DNA of 64,000 nucleotides. Source: Octopus sinensis. Taxonomy: Eukaryota. The stretch covers positions 15,190,001 through 15,254,000 of the forward strand of contig NC_043006.1 in NCBI RefSeq assembly GCF_006345805.1, read 5' to 3'. How positions within the stretch are numbered: position 1 is the stretch's first letter; every line of letters starts with the position of its first letter. The notes beneath the pieces are model-generated. The model saw only the letters and a program-made list of their open reading frames with translations, did no database searches and was not told the origin of the DNA. A program made the position numbers and the translations under genes. Of the stretch, positions 24,260 through 36,519 are shown piece after piece.

Positions 24260-24709
24260 GTGTGTGTGTGAGAGAGAGAGGGAGAGAGGGGGAGAGAAGG
24301 GGATTAAAAGAGAGGCAGAGAGATACAGAGGGAGAAAATGAGAGAGAAAAAACGAGAAAGAAATTGAGGGACACAGAGACGCGAGAGACAGAGAACAATG
24401 AGACGCAAGGAGAGAGTTAGAGAAATAGACATAGAAAGAGAGAGAGAGAGAGAGGAAAGGGAGAGATGCAGGAAGAAAGAGAAGAAGAGAGAGTGGGTGC
24501 TAGAGAGGGAGAGAATGAAAGAGAGTGAGAGAATAAAAAGGGAGAGATAGATAGATAGATAGATAGATAGATATATAGATAGATAGATAGGTAGGTAGAG
24601 AGAGAGAGAGAGAGAGAGGAAAGGGAGAGATGCAGGAAGAAAGAGAAGAAGAGAGAGTGGGTGCTAGAGAGGGAGAGAATGAAAGAGAGTGAGAGAATAA
24701 AAAAGGGAG

Positions 24710-24767
<58 letters not shown>

Positions 24768-24773
24768 GTAGGT

Positions 24774-24810
<37 letters not shown>
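24260..24810. repeat. GA/GATA compound microsatellite with an internal ~180-bp duplication
   Basis: gaggaaagggagagatgcaggaagaaagagaagaagagagagtgggtgctagag occurs at about 24450 and 24615. Confidence 0.9.
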
Positions 24811-24811
<1 letters not shown>

Positions 24812-26204
24812 TTCGGTGGTAGAATGTAAAAATAACCGGAAATTGGGAAGTTATGCTGGGTACCATAAAAATAAATGCTCGACTGAGTTTGCGACTCAAT
24901 ATTTTATTTTCGATTTAGAATAATTTTCCCTCATTTAGGCTGCTAATGTCTTTTTTGGAAAGGTGTGTGTCGCATCTTTTGCTTTTCTGCCCATTAGCCA
25001 AAGAAGTGAAATGAAGCGGAAAATCTTGAAATTCTCAGAAGTTTACAATGTTAAGATTTAACCACCTTCTCCATGTCGAGGAGAGTTGTTTGAGTGATAA
25101 AGTTTATTATATAAAGTTTATTATAACCCGACCAATTCTTATTAGGAGGGTAATTTGTAACCAAAACACCAGGGTGCCTGCATAGCACCAGTAAAGAGTT
25201 CTTAAAGAGTCATCGGTACTAAATCATGTTCATCGCAAAGATGGTTAACATTCGATAGTGGTCAGCCTTGCTGTTTACTGCTATTATGAGACAGAAAAAT
25301 TCTTTATTCAATGAATCGATCAAGTTGTTGAATTGTTGAGTATGTTATTTGTTTGCGGTGCTGGATTCTTAGGTTTCTCTTTGCCATGAGGTCTGTGATA
25401 AATGGTGTCCCTCCCAATTAAGGAATGAAATATTTCTGGAACCATTTAATGCTTTAAGAACTGGAATAATCGGTAAATATACACTGATATCATGAAGTAA
25501 AAGTGTAGGATAAAACAGAATACAGGAATCATAAACGAAGACTTGTACGAAATATTTATTTAGGGCTGATAAAGTGTTGCAAAATTAGCAGTTGTTTTAA
25601 TTAAGGGTTGATAAAGGTGTATACAATTAATAGATGCTTAACTAAGTGTTGATAAAGGGTTGTATAATTAAAAGTTGATTAATTAAGGTTTCATAAAGTT
25701 TTGCGTAATTAATTAGTTTTAGAATCAAGTGTTGATAGAGGGCCGCATAATTAATAATTGATTTAAATTAAGAGTTCATTAAGTATGACAAAAAAAATTG
25801 TAGCTTTAATTAAATGGTTGTATAACTAATAGGTGTTTTAATTAAGGGCTGATAAAGAGCTGATAAAGGGCTGATAAAGAATACTTGTGTTACTTTAGGG
25901 TTGAATAAGAAACTACACAAATAATAGTTGCTGTAATTGTTGTAATTAAGAGCTGATAAACATCTATGCAGCTGTTTTAATTAAGGTTTGATAAAAGATT
26001 GCATAAATTACAGTGTAACAAAAATTTTGTATTTGGTCAGTAAGTGCTGTGACCTATTTACTTCTATTTAGAAATCAAAGAAAATGACTATTATTCCCTT
26101 CAAACTTTGCTTTTGTGATCTGGACGCCAACGTTTTGAAGTTGAACTATTTTCCGTTATATTTCAAACAAATTCAGCGCTGAGTTACTCAGGCAGAAATA
26201 CCTT

Positions 26205-26360
26205 ACAACAAATATTTTGTTCAATATCACAGATTTGCCTGTCAGTTGCTTAACCACTTGAACATGTCCGTTAGTGGTTGACAATATGAGCATCTCTGAT
26301 CATGAGCAGGAGTAGTGGGGATGCATCATAGCCATGTGTTGAGAGGGATTCTCTGGGGGG
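26205..26360 (+). mobile_element. Fragment of repeat family E
   Basis: Matches about 32420-32575 (acagatttgc.tgtcagttg...catctctgatca.gagcag...catcatagccatgtgttga). Confidence 0.75.
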
Positions 26361-26717
26361 GGGGGTTGAATAAATGTTACAAAAGCAAAGTTTGAAGGAA
26401 ATATTAGCTTTCTAGGGGTAAGCAAATAGGGAATAACAGTTGCTACACAAGGACAAAAATCGTGTTACACAGTGTAATAGTTGTTTTAAGTAAGGGCTAA
26501 TATTTATTGCACAAATAGTAGTTGTTTAATTAAGGGTAAATAAATGGTTGCTTAATAGTTGTTTTAATTAAGGGTTTATATGTAAATAGTTGCATAATTA
26601 ACAGTCGTTCTTATAAAATGTTGTTAAATCAATCATATAAATAATGATTTCACAAAGGATTGATAATGTATTTCATAAATAATAGATGTTTAATTTAGAA
26701 TTGCTCTTTTACTTTTT

Positions 26718-26903
26718 TTACTTGTTTCAGTAATTTGACTGCGGCCATGATGGAGCACCGCCTTTTAGGACTTATTCTTTGGTAGCCTAGTACTTATTCT
26801 ATCGGTGTCTTTTGCCGAACCGCTAAGTTTCGGGGACGTAAACACACCAGCATCGGTTGTTATGCGATGTTGGGGTGACAAACACAGACATACAGACATA
26901 TAT

Positions 26904-26934
<31 letters not shown>

Positions 26935-27101
26935 CATATATGCGACGGGCTTCTTTCAGTTTCCTTCTACCAAGTCCACTCCCAAGGCTTTGGTCGGCCC
27001 GTGGCTATAGTAGAAGACACTTGCCTAAGGTGCCACGCAGTGGGACTGAACCCGGAACCATGTGGTTGGTAAGCAAGCTACTTACCACACAGCCACTCCT
27101 G
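26718..27101 (-). mobile_element. SINE family B
   Basis: Full head and tail with internal CA/TA tract. Confidence 0.85.
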
Positions 27102-27324
27102 GTAAAGGATCACATACATAATAGCTGCTTTAATTAAGGGTTGATAAAAGACTATATAATTGATGTTTAATTAAAATATGCTAAAAGGTTATATATATAT
27201 AGTAGTTGTTTCAATTACAGTTTCTATCAGGACCCTTGTAAATCCATCGTTTCATAAATATTCTTATTCTTATTTTGTTGCGTAAATTTAAAGCTTTGTT
27301 TCACTGATTTATAAAAACTTTACT

Positions 27325-27586
27325 TATTTCAGTCATTGGACTGCAGTCACGCTGAAGCACAGCCTTGAGGCGTTTAGTCGGTCAAATCGACCCGAGTGCT
27401 TATTTTTTGTTAAGTCTGGTATTTATCCCATCGATCGCTTTTGCCGAACGGCTAAGCTACAGGGACGTAAACAAACCAGCACCAATTATCAAGCGGCAGT
27501 GGGCGACAAACACAAGTATAAAGACACATACACTACACACACACACATACACAACACGCACACACGCGCACACACATATATAATAC

Positions 27587-27619
<33 letters not shown>

Positions 27620-27790
27620 GGCATATATGATGAGCTTTTAGTTTCTCTCTACCAAATTCACACACAAGATTTTGGTCTTCCCGAGCGTTTATTACAAGAT
27701 TTTGGTTGACACCTGCCTGAGGAGCCCAGCAGTAGGACTGAACCCGAAACCATGTGGTTGGGAAGCAAACTTCTTACCACACAGTGGCGC
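27325..27790 (-). mobile_element. SINE family B, diverged
   Basis: Homologous to 26718-27101. Confidence 0.75.
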
Positions 27791-28099
27791 TTACGCCTAA
27801 AATATATGGAACGCTTCACGACTTCGCCGGTCAAGATATACATTTATGTAATCGACTTCATTCTTATTTAAGCTTGCTCAAAATGCATAAGTCTAGAAAT
27901 GACTTCATTGTGTTAACTGATTCGATTAAGCTTGGATGGTTCGTAAAGAAGTTCGTGGTTTTGCAATCATGCCGTTTTGCATTCAGTTTCAGCCCGTGGC
28001 ACCTTGGGCAAATGTCTTCTACTGCAGACCCGAATCAACCGACGCCATGTTAGTGAATTTGGTAGATGGGAACTGTATGAATCTCATCGTATTCTTTTA

Positions 28100-28509
28100 T
28101 TCTTTTATTTGTTTCAGTCGTTTGACTGCGGCCATGCTGGAGTACCATTTTTAGTCGAAGAAATCTACCCCAGGACTTATTCTTTGTAAGCCTGGTACTT
28201 ATTCTATCGGTGCCTTTTGCCGAACCGTTAAGTAACGGAGACGTAAACACACCGGCATCGGTTGTCAGGCGATGGTGGGGGAGGGGACACACAGACACAC
28301 AGACACACAGACACACACACACGCACACACACACACACACACATATACATGTACATATATACAACGGGCTTCTTTCAGTTTCCGTCTAACAAATCCACTC
28401 ACTAGGATTTGGTCGGTCGAGGCTATAGTAGAAAACATCTGCTCAGTGGGAATGAACCCGGAACCATGTTGTTGGGAAGCCATCTTCTTACCACACAGCC
28501 ACGCCTGTG

Positions 28510-28510
<1 letters not shown>
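28100..28510 (-). mobile_element. SINE family B
   Basis: Homologous to 26718-27101; internal CA tract. Confidence 0.85.
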
Positions 28511-28564
<54 letters not shown>

Positions 28565-29025
28565 GCACATATATATCCATATTATGTATGTATGTGTGTG
28601 TGTGTATATGTGTCTGTATGTAAGACACGTGTGTGTTCCTCCTCCATTTCGCTTGACAACCGATGTTAATTTGTTTACGCCATATAACTTAGCGGTTTGG
28701 CAAAAAGGACTCGATAGATTAGTACCTGACTTAAATTAACTACTTGGGCCGATTTGTTCGAGTAACCTTCTACAACTGGTTCTCCGGCATGACTGAAGTT
28801 CAATGGTAGGAGCAAGTAACAAAGTCTAAGGTTAGGCCTTCGATTTCAAACCGGTTTTAAGTTTGTTGAAGGCGTAACAATTGAACGCACCTCATGACAA
28901 GCAGAACAATATTACAAAAGCTTGTTGCTAATAATTTATATCCTTCACCCCAATTATTGAGTGGGGAATAAATAAGAATCTGCTTCTTATTTATTTGTAT
29001 AACCATATATTTATTTTTATGATCT

Positions 29026-29410
29026 GTAGGCGTAGGAGTGGCTGTGTGGTAAGTGTAGACGTAGGACTGGCTGTGTGGTAAGTGGCTTGCTTACCAGCCA
29101 CATGGTTCCGGGTTCAGTCCCACTGCGTGGCACCTCGGGTAAGTGTCTTCTACTATAGCCTCGGGCCGACCAAAGCCTTGTGAGTGGATTTGGTTGACGG
29201 AAACTGAAAAGAAGCCCGTCGTATATATGTATGTGTGTGTATAAGTTTGTGTGTCTTGACAACCGATGCTGGTGTGTTTACGTGTCCGTAACTTGGCGGT
29301 TCAGCAAAAGAGACCGATAGAATAAGTACTAAGCTTACAAAGAATAAGTCCTGGGGTCGACTTGTTCGACTAAAGACGATGTTCCAGCATGACTGAAACA
29401 AGTAAAAGAG
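29026..29410 (+). mobile_element. SINE family B with a duplicated ~30-bp head
   Basis: gtagg(a)cgtagga.tggctgtgtggtaagt occurs twice at 29026-29085. Confidence 0.85.
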
Positions 29411-30589
29411 TGAAATTGTTTTAGAAACTGAATAATGTGATCCTAATAATAAAATTAAAACAAAAGCGAACCAAACAAAATAGATAAAGTCATATCCTTT
29501 TTATCGAAAAATACGTAAAGTTTTGTGTGAATATTACGTAAAAACTGACATAGTTTCTAGAACTCCGGCTTAATAGTCGAAATAGGTGGATGAAAGTTCA
29601 TATCTTCGGCTCTGATATAAGTTGTAACTGATATAATCAGAAGGAGAACTGGAAGCCGACGAGTGTTTATCAGATTATAAGATTTTAATTTAGTTCCCGC
29701 GGTTAGAGATTAGAGAAGATATCATTTTATACACTGGCTTACCCTATACAAACATCTCTAAAGAGTTTCAATAAAGCCTCAATCATTTATAGAAAGTTAA
29801 TGATTTAGAACATGCTCATTACTTGATTTATAAAGAAAGGAACACAGAAAACGTAATCGGTATTAATGCTTACCAGTGTTTCGTAAGACCGACAAACATT
29901 AGTTACATGAGCATAAAACTCAGTTACGTTAACAAATTCTGCCGGCACATCTCATCGGCGTTGAATTTGTTCCCGTGCACATTACACAAAGCGTAAATAA
30001 CAATTAAGTTTCTGTGTTCCTATATTTATATACGGCGTGTGGACTCCACACACTAGGATTGTCCAATAGGAGTTGAGTGTGGAACCAATGTACTGCAACC
30101 GCACATTTTGCTAACGTGTCGCGCCTTTCGGTACAGCTTTTCAATTATGTATTTTTATTACGCTATTTGAACGCCAAAATATTTTATTGCTACTTCAAGA
30201 ATGTAATTTTGTTCCGGTTATTCCAATATTTTATCATTCGTCAATTAATCGGGAAAAGAAAAAAAAAAGAAAACAAGCAAAACATTTTGGTAGGGAAAGA
30301 TATTACTAACACAGCAAATAAATTTTGAATAAAATTTGGGTGGTTGATGGTATTATGACATCATTGTAGAGTGTATAATAATGGAATTATAATATTATAA
30401 TGACGTCAAGATACTAAATATTCATTATGTTGTCATAGCATTATTTCTACTTTGTATCTACTTTATACTTATAATCATTTTGTAGACAGTAACACAAACA
30501 TTACAGACTCTATACATACATAAATACACATAAAATTGTGCGTATGTGTGCGCAGATTATGTATTCTGCTCGTCATCTCTATACATAAA

Positions 30590-30631
30590 CAAGCACACAT
30601 ATGTTTGTGTTATACATCTTGCTCTTTATTG

Positions 30632-30673
<42 letters not shown>

Positions 30674-30848
30674 ACACTCATACACTCACACACACTCATA
30701 CACTCACACACACACCTATATATGTGTATGTTATATACCCTAGTCTTTATACATACAAATATGTGTGTGTATTATATATATATATTGCTCTATACTTCTA
30801 TGCATACGTACATATACGTGCCTGTATATTACATATTCTGCTCTTAAT

Positions 30849-30887
<39 letters not shown>

Positions 30888-31037
30888 TATATGTGTATGT
30901 TATATACCCTGGTCTTTATACATACACATATATATATATGTGTGTATTATATATATATATATATATATATATATTGCTCTATACTTCTATGCATACGTAC
31001 ACATACGTGCCTGTATATCACATATTCTGCTCTTAAT

Positions 31038-31090
<53 letters not shown>

Positions 31091-31130
31091 CACACATACA
31101 CACACACATACTCTCTCTCACACACACATG
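30590..31130. repeat. CA/TA microsatellite block with a ~180-bp direct duplication
   Basis: cctatatatgtgtatgttatataccct.gtctttataca...catattctgctcttaatgca occurs twice. Confidence 0.85.
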
Positions 31131-31812
31131 TGCATGAGTATTGAATATCTCGTTCTTTGTCTCTGTACAAATGCTCACACATCACAATGCTGACATAGAT
31201 GCATCACGTATTAACCTTGAAGACATTAATTAAATCCAACACATCAAAATATATAAACTAATAGTCATTGAAACACTAAAGACTAAGCTATCTCTCCTCC
31301 TCCTCCTCCTCCTCCCGCCTTCTTTCCTGCGTGTTTCAGATACAGACATACACACGTTCATACGCACACACGTACACTTGAGCACTTATTTCAATGGAAT
31401 GCACAGCTTACTGATAATTCAATCTTTCCCATCGGAGTCGCAATGGCTCCAGCAATGCAGTCAGTAGACTGCTGCATGGCTTGTTTTGTGATTTCATTCA
31501 GTGATTTTCATCCACGTTTTAGGAATAGCTTTCAATTACATGCTACACGACTGTAAATAAGTTTAATTCGGAGAAAAACCAGATATGTTAAGGACGGCCG
31601 CTTCAACACAGAGTGGATAATTGGTTGAGTTTTGATTGGGTAAAATTCGTAAATTTCGTTAAGCTCGTATGTCGCGAAGAGACAAAAATTGTGAAGGTTT
31701 GAGAAAGCCGTTTGTTGGAGAGAGTTTTTCTTGTTAAATATTCATGTTTGCACTGAGGCGTTCGTTCCAAGCATTTTACCTGGTGTGCTAACGATTCTGC
31801 CAGCTCACCGCC

Positions 31813-31860
<48 letters not shown>

Positions 31861-31891
31861 TAATAGTAATAGTAATAATAATAATAATAAT

Positions 31892-32106
31892 AAAAAAATA
31901 TTCAGACAAATACATAACAAAAACACCAGGACTTACAAACACATATAACATACAGAAAATTGCACTACTAGGCACTGCACACATCCTACGCAGAACACTT
32001 TCCATACAATAACCATCAGAGCATCACAACAAATCACAGCACATACCCAAGGCACACAGAGCTGCGCTCGGTAGTGAAGTGAAAGCACGCTATAAAAATA
32101 AAACTA

Positions 32107-32109
<3 letters not shown>
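31892..32109 (+). mobile_element. Dong/R4 LINE 3' end in (AAT)n
   Basis: IQKIALLGTAHILRRTLSIQ* plus 3' UTR, identical to about 55622-55840. Confidence 0.9.
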
Positions 32110-32161
<52 letters not shown>

Positions 32162-32183
32162 TAATAATAATATAATAATAATA

Positions 32184-32867
32184 ACTCGACCAGAAGAAAA
32201 TTCTAACTGGGCCCCACCTGCAAGGTCATGCACTGTTTATCTCGATATGAGATCATCATGTCGCGCACATATGGTTGTGATGCATGTGTCTAGTGTACCC
32301 TTATCAGACGGGTAGTCATGATGGTATACTGGGCATCGTATATTTTACCCCAGTGTCACTTTGATGGCATGCACTGCTCTCTCACTCAATAATAAAGATG
32401 CTGTAAAGATGGGATACAGGAAATATTCTGCTCAATACCACAGATTTGCTTGTCAGTTGTTTGACCTTAACCAGTTGAGCATGTCCCTTAGTGGCTGACG
32501 ATATGTGCATCTCTGATCACGAGCAGAAGTAGTTGGGGAGCATCATAGCCATGTGTTGAAAGGGATTCTTTGGGGGTTGAATAATTCACTTCTGGAAACA
32601 TGGTGTTTTGTTCAACATCCTTAAATAATCCTTATTCAGGGACCTTTTGAGCGGGATGGGCTACTCGACCAGAAGGAAATTCTAACTGGGCCCCACCTGC
32701 AAGGTCATGTGCTGTTTATCTCGATATGAGATCACCATGTCGCGCACATATGGTTGAAATTCATGTGCCTGGTGTACCTTTATCAGATGGGTAGTCATGA
32801 TGGGTATATTGGGCTTCGTATATTTTACCCCAGTGTCACTTTGATGGCATGTACTGCTCTCTCACTC

Positions 32868-32870
<3 letters not shown>
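32184..32870 (+). mobile_element. Repeat family E: two tandem pieces (32184-32390 and 32400-32870) with (AAT)n tails
   Basis: Both end gcactgctctctcactcaataataa; no tRNA head seen. Confidence 0.7.
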
Positions 32871-32899
<29 letters not shown>

Positions 32900-32924
32900 T
32901 AATAATGAAATTTTGGAGGAGGGG

Positions 32925-33093
32925 ATAATTCAATTACATCGCCCCAAGCATTTCGCTGGTACTTAATTTATCGACCTCGAAAAGATGAAAGGCAAAGTCG
33001 ACCTCGGCGGAATTTGAATTGAGAACGTAGCGACGGACGAAATACCGCTAAGCATTTTGCCCGGCGTGCTAACGATTCTGCCAGCTCGGCGCC

Positions 33094-33095
<2 letters not shown>
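32925..33095 (-). mobile_element. SINE family A (a head-only piece is also at 31758-31813)
   Basis: ggcgccgagctggcagaatcgttagcacgccggg on the - strand. Confidence 0.85.
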
Positions 33096-33154
<59 letters not shown>

Positions 33155-33195
33155 AATAATAATAATAGTAATAATAATAATAACAACAACAACAA

Positions 33196-33496
33196 CTAAT
33201 GACGGACTCTCCCGTCGAAGACGACGTTTGAGTGTTCAGCATTTTTGCCGAAGGACCTTCACAAATTTTTTTTTTTACAGTGATCAAATGTTCTTGCTGT
33301 ACATTAGCTCACTCCATCCACCAAACCAACGTTGCCGAAACAGGTGTATGGTGTACCACGCGTCACGTGACGAAGTAGTCGCAGAACATCGTGAGACAAG
33401 AACACAACCCACCACTCGGTCTAGTTTTTTTCTGAATTGAAACAACGATCTCGCGACCGCGAGTGCAATAGTATAACCACTAGGCCATGTGTCTTC
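33196..33496 (-). mobile_element. tRNA-derived SINE, family F
   Basis: - strand head gaagacacatggcctagtggtta...gtttcaattc, tail cgtcgtcttcgacgggagagtccgtcattag then (TTG/TTA)n. Confidence 0.7.
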
Positions 33497-33532
33497 ATAG
33501 TAGTAGTAGTGGTTGTAGTAGTAGTAGTAGTA

Positions 33533-33593
<61 letters not shown>

Positions 33594-33617
33594 TAATAAT
33601 AATATTAATAATAATAA

Positions 33618-33740
33618 TACGCAGAACACTTTCCATACAATAACCATCAGAGCATCACAACAAATCACAGCACATACCCAAGGCACACAGAGCTGCGCTC
33701 GGTAGTGAAGTGAAAGCACGCTATAAAAATAAAACTACTG
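33618..33740 (+). mobile_element. Dong/R4 LINE 3' tip in (AAT)n
   Basis: Identical to the end of 55337-55840. Confidence 0.9.
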
Positions 33741-33869
33741 AATAATAATAATAATGATGATAATAATAATAATAATAATAAAATATAATAATAATAATAA
33801 TAATATAATATAATAATAATAATAATAATAATATAATAATAATAATAATAATAATAACAACAACAACAA

Positions 33870-34415
33870 CTAATGACGGACTCTCCCGTCGAAGACGACG
33901 TTTGAGTGTTCAGCATTTTTGCCGAAGGACCTTCACAAATTTTTTTTTTACAGTGATCAAATGTTCTTGCTGTACATTAGCTCACTCCATCCACCAAACC
34001 ACGTTGCCGAAACAGGTGTATGGTGTACCACGCGTCACGTGACGAAGTAGTCGCAGAACATCGTGAGACAAGAACACAACCCACCACTCGGTCTAGTTTT
34101 TTTCTGAATTGAAACAACGATCTCGCGACCGCGAGTGCAATAGTATAACCACTAGGCCATGTGTCTTCATAGTAGTAGTAGTGGTTGTAGTAGTAGTAGT
34201 AGTAGTAATAATAATAATAATAATAATAATAATATAATAATATAATAATAATATAATAATATAATAATATAATAATATAATAATAATAATAATACGCAGA
34301 ACACTTTCCATACAATAACCATCAGAGCATCACAACAAATCACAGCACATACCCAAGGCACACAGAGCTGCGCTCGGTAGTGAAGTGAAAGCACGCTATA
34401 AAAATAAAACTACTG
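33870..34415. repeat. Duplicate of 33196-33740 (SINE F plus Dong tip)
   Basis: Near-identical; one-base indel accaaacca(a)cgttg. Confidence 0.9.
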
Positions 34416-34434
34416 AATAATAATAATAATGATG

Positions 34435-34503
<69 letters not shown>

Positions 34504-34519
34504 TGACAACAATAGTAAT

Positions 34520-34850
34520 GAGAGATGAAACCCTACTCCGCATGGAATTACATGGTCAATTCCACCGTGAAACCAACAAATTAAAAGACCAGGAAGCATC
34601 ATGAAGGTGGCTCAACAAGGGTGACCTTAAAAAGAATACTGAAAGCTTAATCATCGCTGCCCAGGACCAGGCATTGAATACCAACTCAGTGAAAAACGGA
34701 CCTCTGAAGAATGAGTGGGAAGAGGGTCGAAAGTGTGACTCACATTGTTACTGCTTGTGAAAGTCTTGCGCAGAAAGAGTACAAGCGTAGACACGACAAG
34801 GTAGCCCCAAACCTCCACTGGCTACTATGCCGTATGTATGGATATGAGGT
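34520..34850 (+). mobile_element. Dong/R4 LINE fragment (CCHC region)
   Basis: LHGQF, WLNKGDLKKNTESLIIAAQDQAL, ESVTHIVTACESLAQKEYKRRHDKVA. Confidence 0.85.
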
Positions 34851-35212
34851 TCCGTTTACCGGAACACTATCGCTGTGCATATGTCCAGCACCTTGCTGAA
34901 CGTTGCCGCTAAAGGTTCTTTTGCGAAACAGAGAGGCGACAAGCCCTGTTTCTGCTGTACCTAGAAGCGAGAAGAACTGCGACTGAAGTGTGACTAATGT
35001 TGAACCATCAGAAGATCTCGGACACCTTCGTCCTACAGCCAAGGAATTTCGCACCAATAATAAGAGATTTTTCATATAAATGTCACAAAGTTCGTGCATT
35101 AAAAAAGTGTATGTTGCTACGGTGTTCATATCAAAAGAAAAGAGGTGAAGGACGAAAGCCATAATAGTATAGCACTAACAGAACCCATCCAGGTAGGTTT
35201 TTAGGGAGGTGT

Positions 35213-35500
35213 TCAATGAGAAAGATGAGCTTGGTGAAATGAAAGTAGCCTCTCAACCTCAGGCTGTATTAAGCTAAGAATAAGCCTGAGATCACCACGC
35301 TCCGTAATTCGGAGCTTGCACCGCTGCTTCGCAAGAAGGCGAGTGACTGCACTGAATCCTCTCTCAACCAAATAAGATGCTGGAAAGGCAATGAAAAACA
35401 ATTTGACTCTCTTCCAAAGCGCCGGATAGCGGTCACGCATAGTCTTTTGAAGCCAAAATTCTTGAAAGCAACTTGAGGAATTTACTGAATCAAGCTAGTT
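35213..35500 (-). mobile_element. hAT (Buster/Charlie-like) transposase C-terminal dimerisation domain remnant
   Basis: YPALW...FPASYLVERGFSAV...RGDLRL...HQAHLSH*. Confidence 0.85.
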
Positions 35501-35801
35501 TGACCACATTGATACAAAAGCCACACCTCCCACCGCTCGCTCTCAAACTTTTTCTTCTGTCTTTTCCCTTCCTCTCCAAAACACCAAAAGACTCCTATTT
35601 TCTTTTCTCTTCTCGATCTTCACTATCTTCCACTCTCTCATCCTCTCCCATCCCTGCACCTTCCTTTCTAATTTTTTTCTGTCTTTCACCTCCTCCCCCT
35701 CTCTCTCTTTCTACAACATCACTTTCAATTTTATATAAAACGGCCAAGCAAACTGACTATGTAAATGTATGTATGTACTTATGCATGTATGTGTATATAT
35801 T

Positions 35802-36310
35802 GATCGTAGAAGGTGGAGAAGGATTGTGCACGAGGGGACAGCCACGTTTGAGAAATCTCGAGTTGCACATGAGAAAGTAAGGAGGGATGTCAGGAAGGGC
35901 ATCGCTGTTACACTTCCAGAAGGGAGGGTCTTCCTTTGATTCTGACATGCAATGTCTGTGCAAGACCCTGCCTCAGTAAAGCTGGACTCATGAATCATCT
36001 TCGTAGTCATAAAACGAGACAGATGAGTGACAACCTGGCCACTGGTGGTGGTGCTAAACACCATACTAATCATATCTGTCGGGCATGTGGAAGAGAGTGT
36101 AATTCGGCAGGAGGACTTAAACGACATGCAAAGGTACATGAAGCCCAGTTACAACTACAGCCGGCTATTACCGGTAAAGGTTTTAGTTGCCAATTCTGTA
36201 CAAGACATTGTAGATCTTTAGTTGGGCTAAAAAGTCACATTCGATCACAGCACCAGTAACAGCTAAGCTTCGTGCAATGGCCATACTCGATAACGAGGGA
36301 GCAGCCATAA
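35802..36310 (+). mobile_element. RTE-clade LINE 3' end encoding three C2H2 zinc fingers
   Basis: DRRRWRRIVHEG..FEKSR (RTE C-terminal motif) followed by CxxC-x12-H-x3/4-H three times and a short 3' UTR. Confidence 0.7.
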
Positions 36311-36519
36311 CATAACATGTGTATGTATATATGTATACGTGTACACACACACCTTTCATCACCATTGCGTCTTCTTCTTGTCGTGGCTGTTCTATTTATT
36401 CATGTCATTGTTGTGATAGCTGACGTTTCTTATTTTCGTTTCATTTGGTTTCTTTTGTTTTTCTTTAATCTCCTTAGGGAATTTGTTGACAAGTTTATTT
36501 CATTTACTTCTTTGAGAAC

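Larger units (their letters stand above)
25555..27230. repeat. Old degenerate ~40-bp minisatellite, interrupted by SINEs
   Basis: Recurrent aattaagggttgataaa(g)...ataattaatagttgttt. Confidence 0.7.

Noticed and set aside
35936-36259. Host C2H2 zinc-finger transcription factor exon
   Set aside because: No TGEKP linkers, Cys at the Phe position, contiguous with an RTE C-terminal motif and a retroelement-like 3' end
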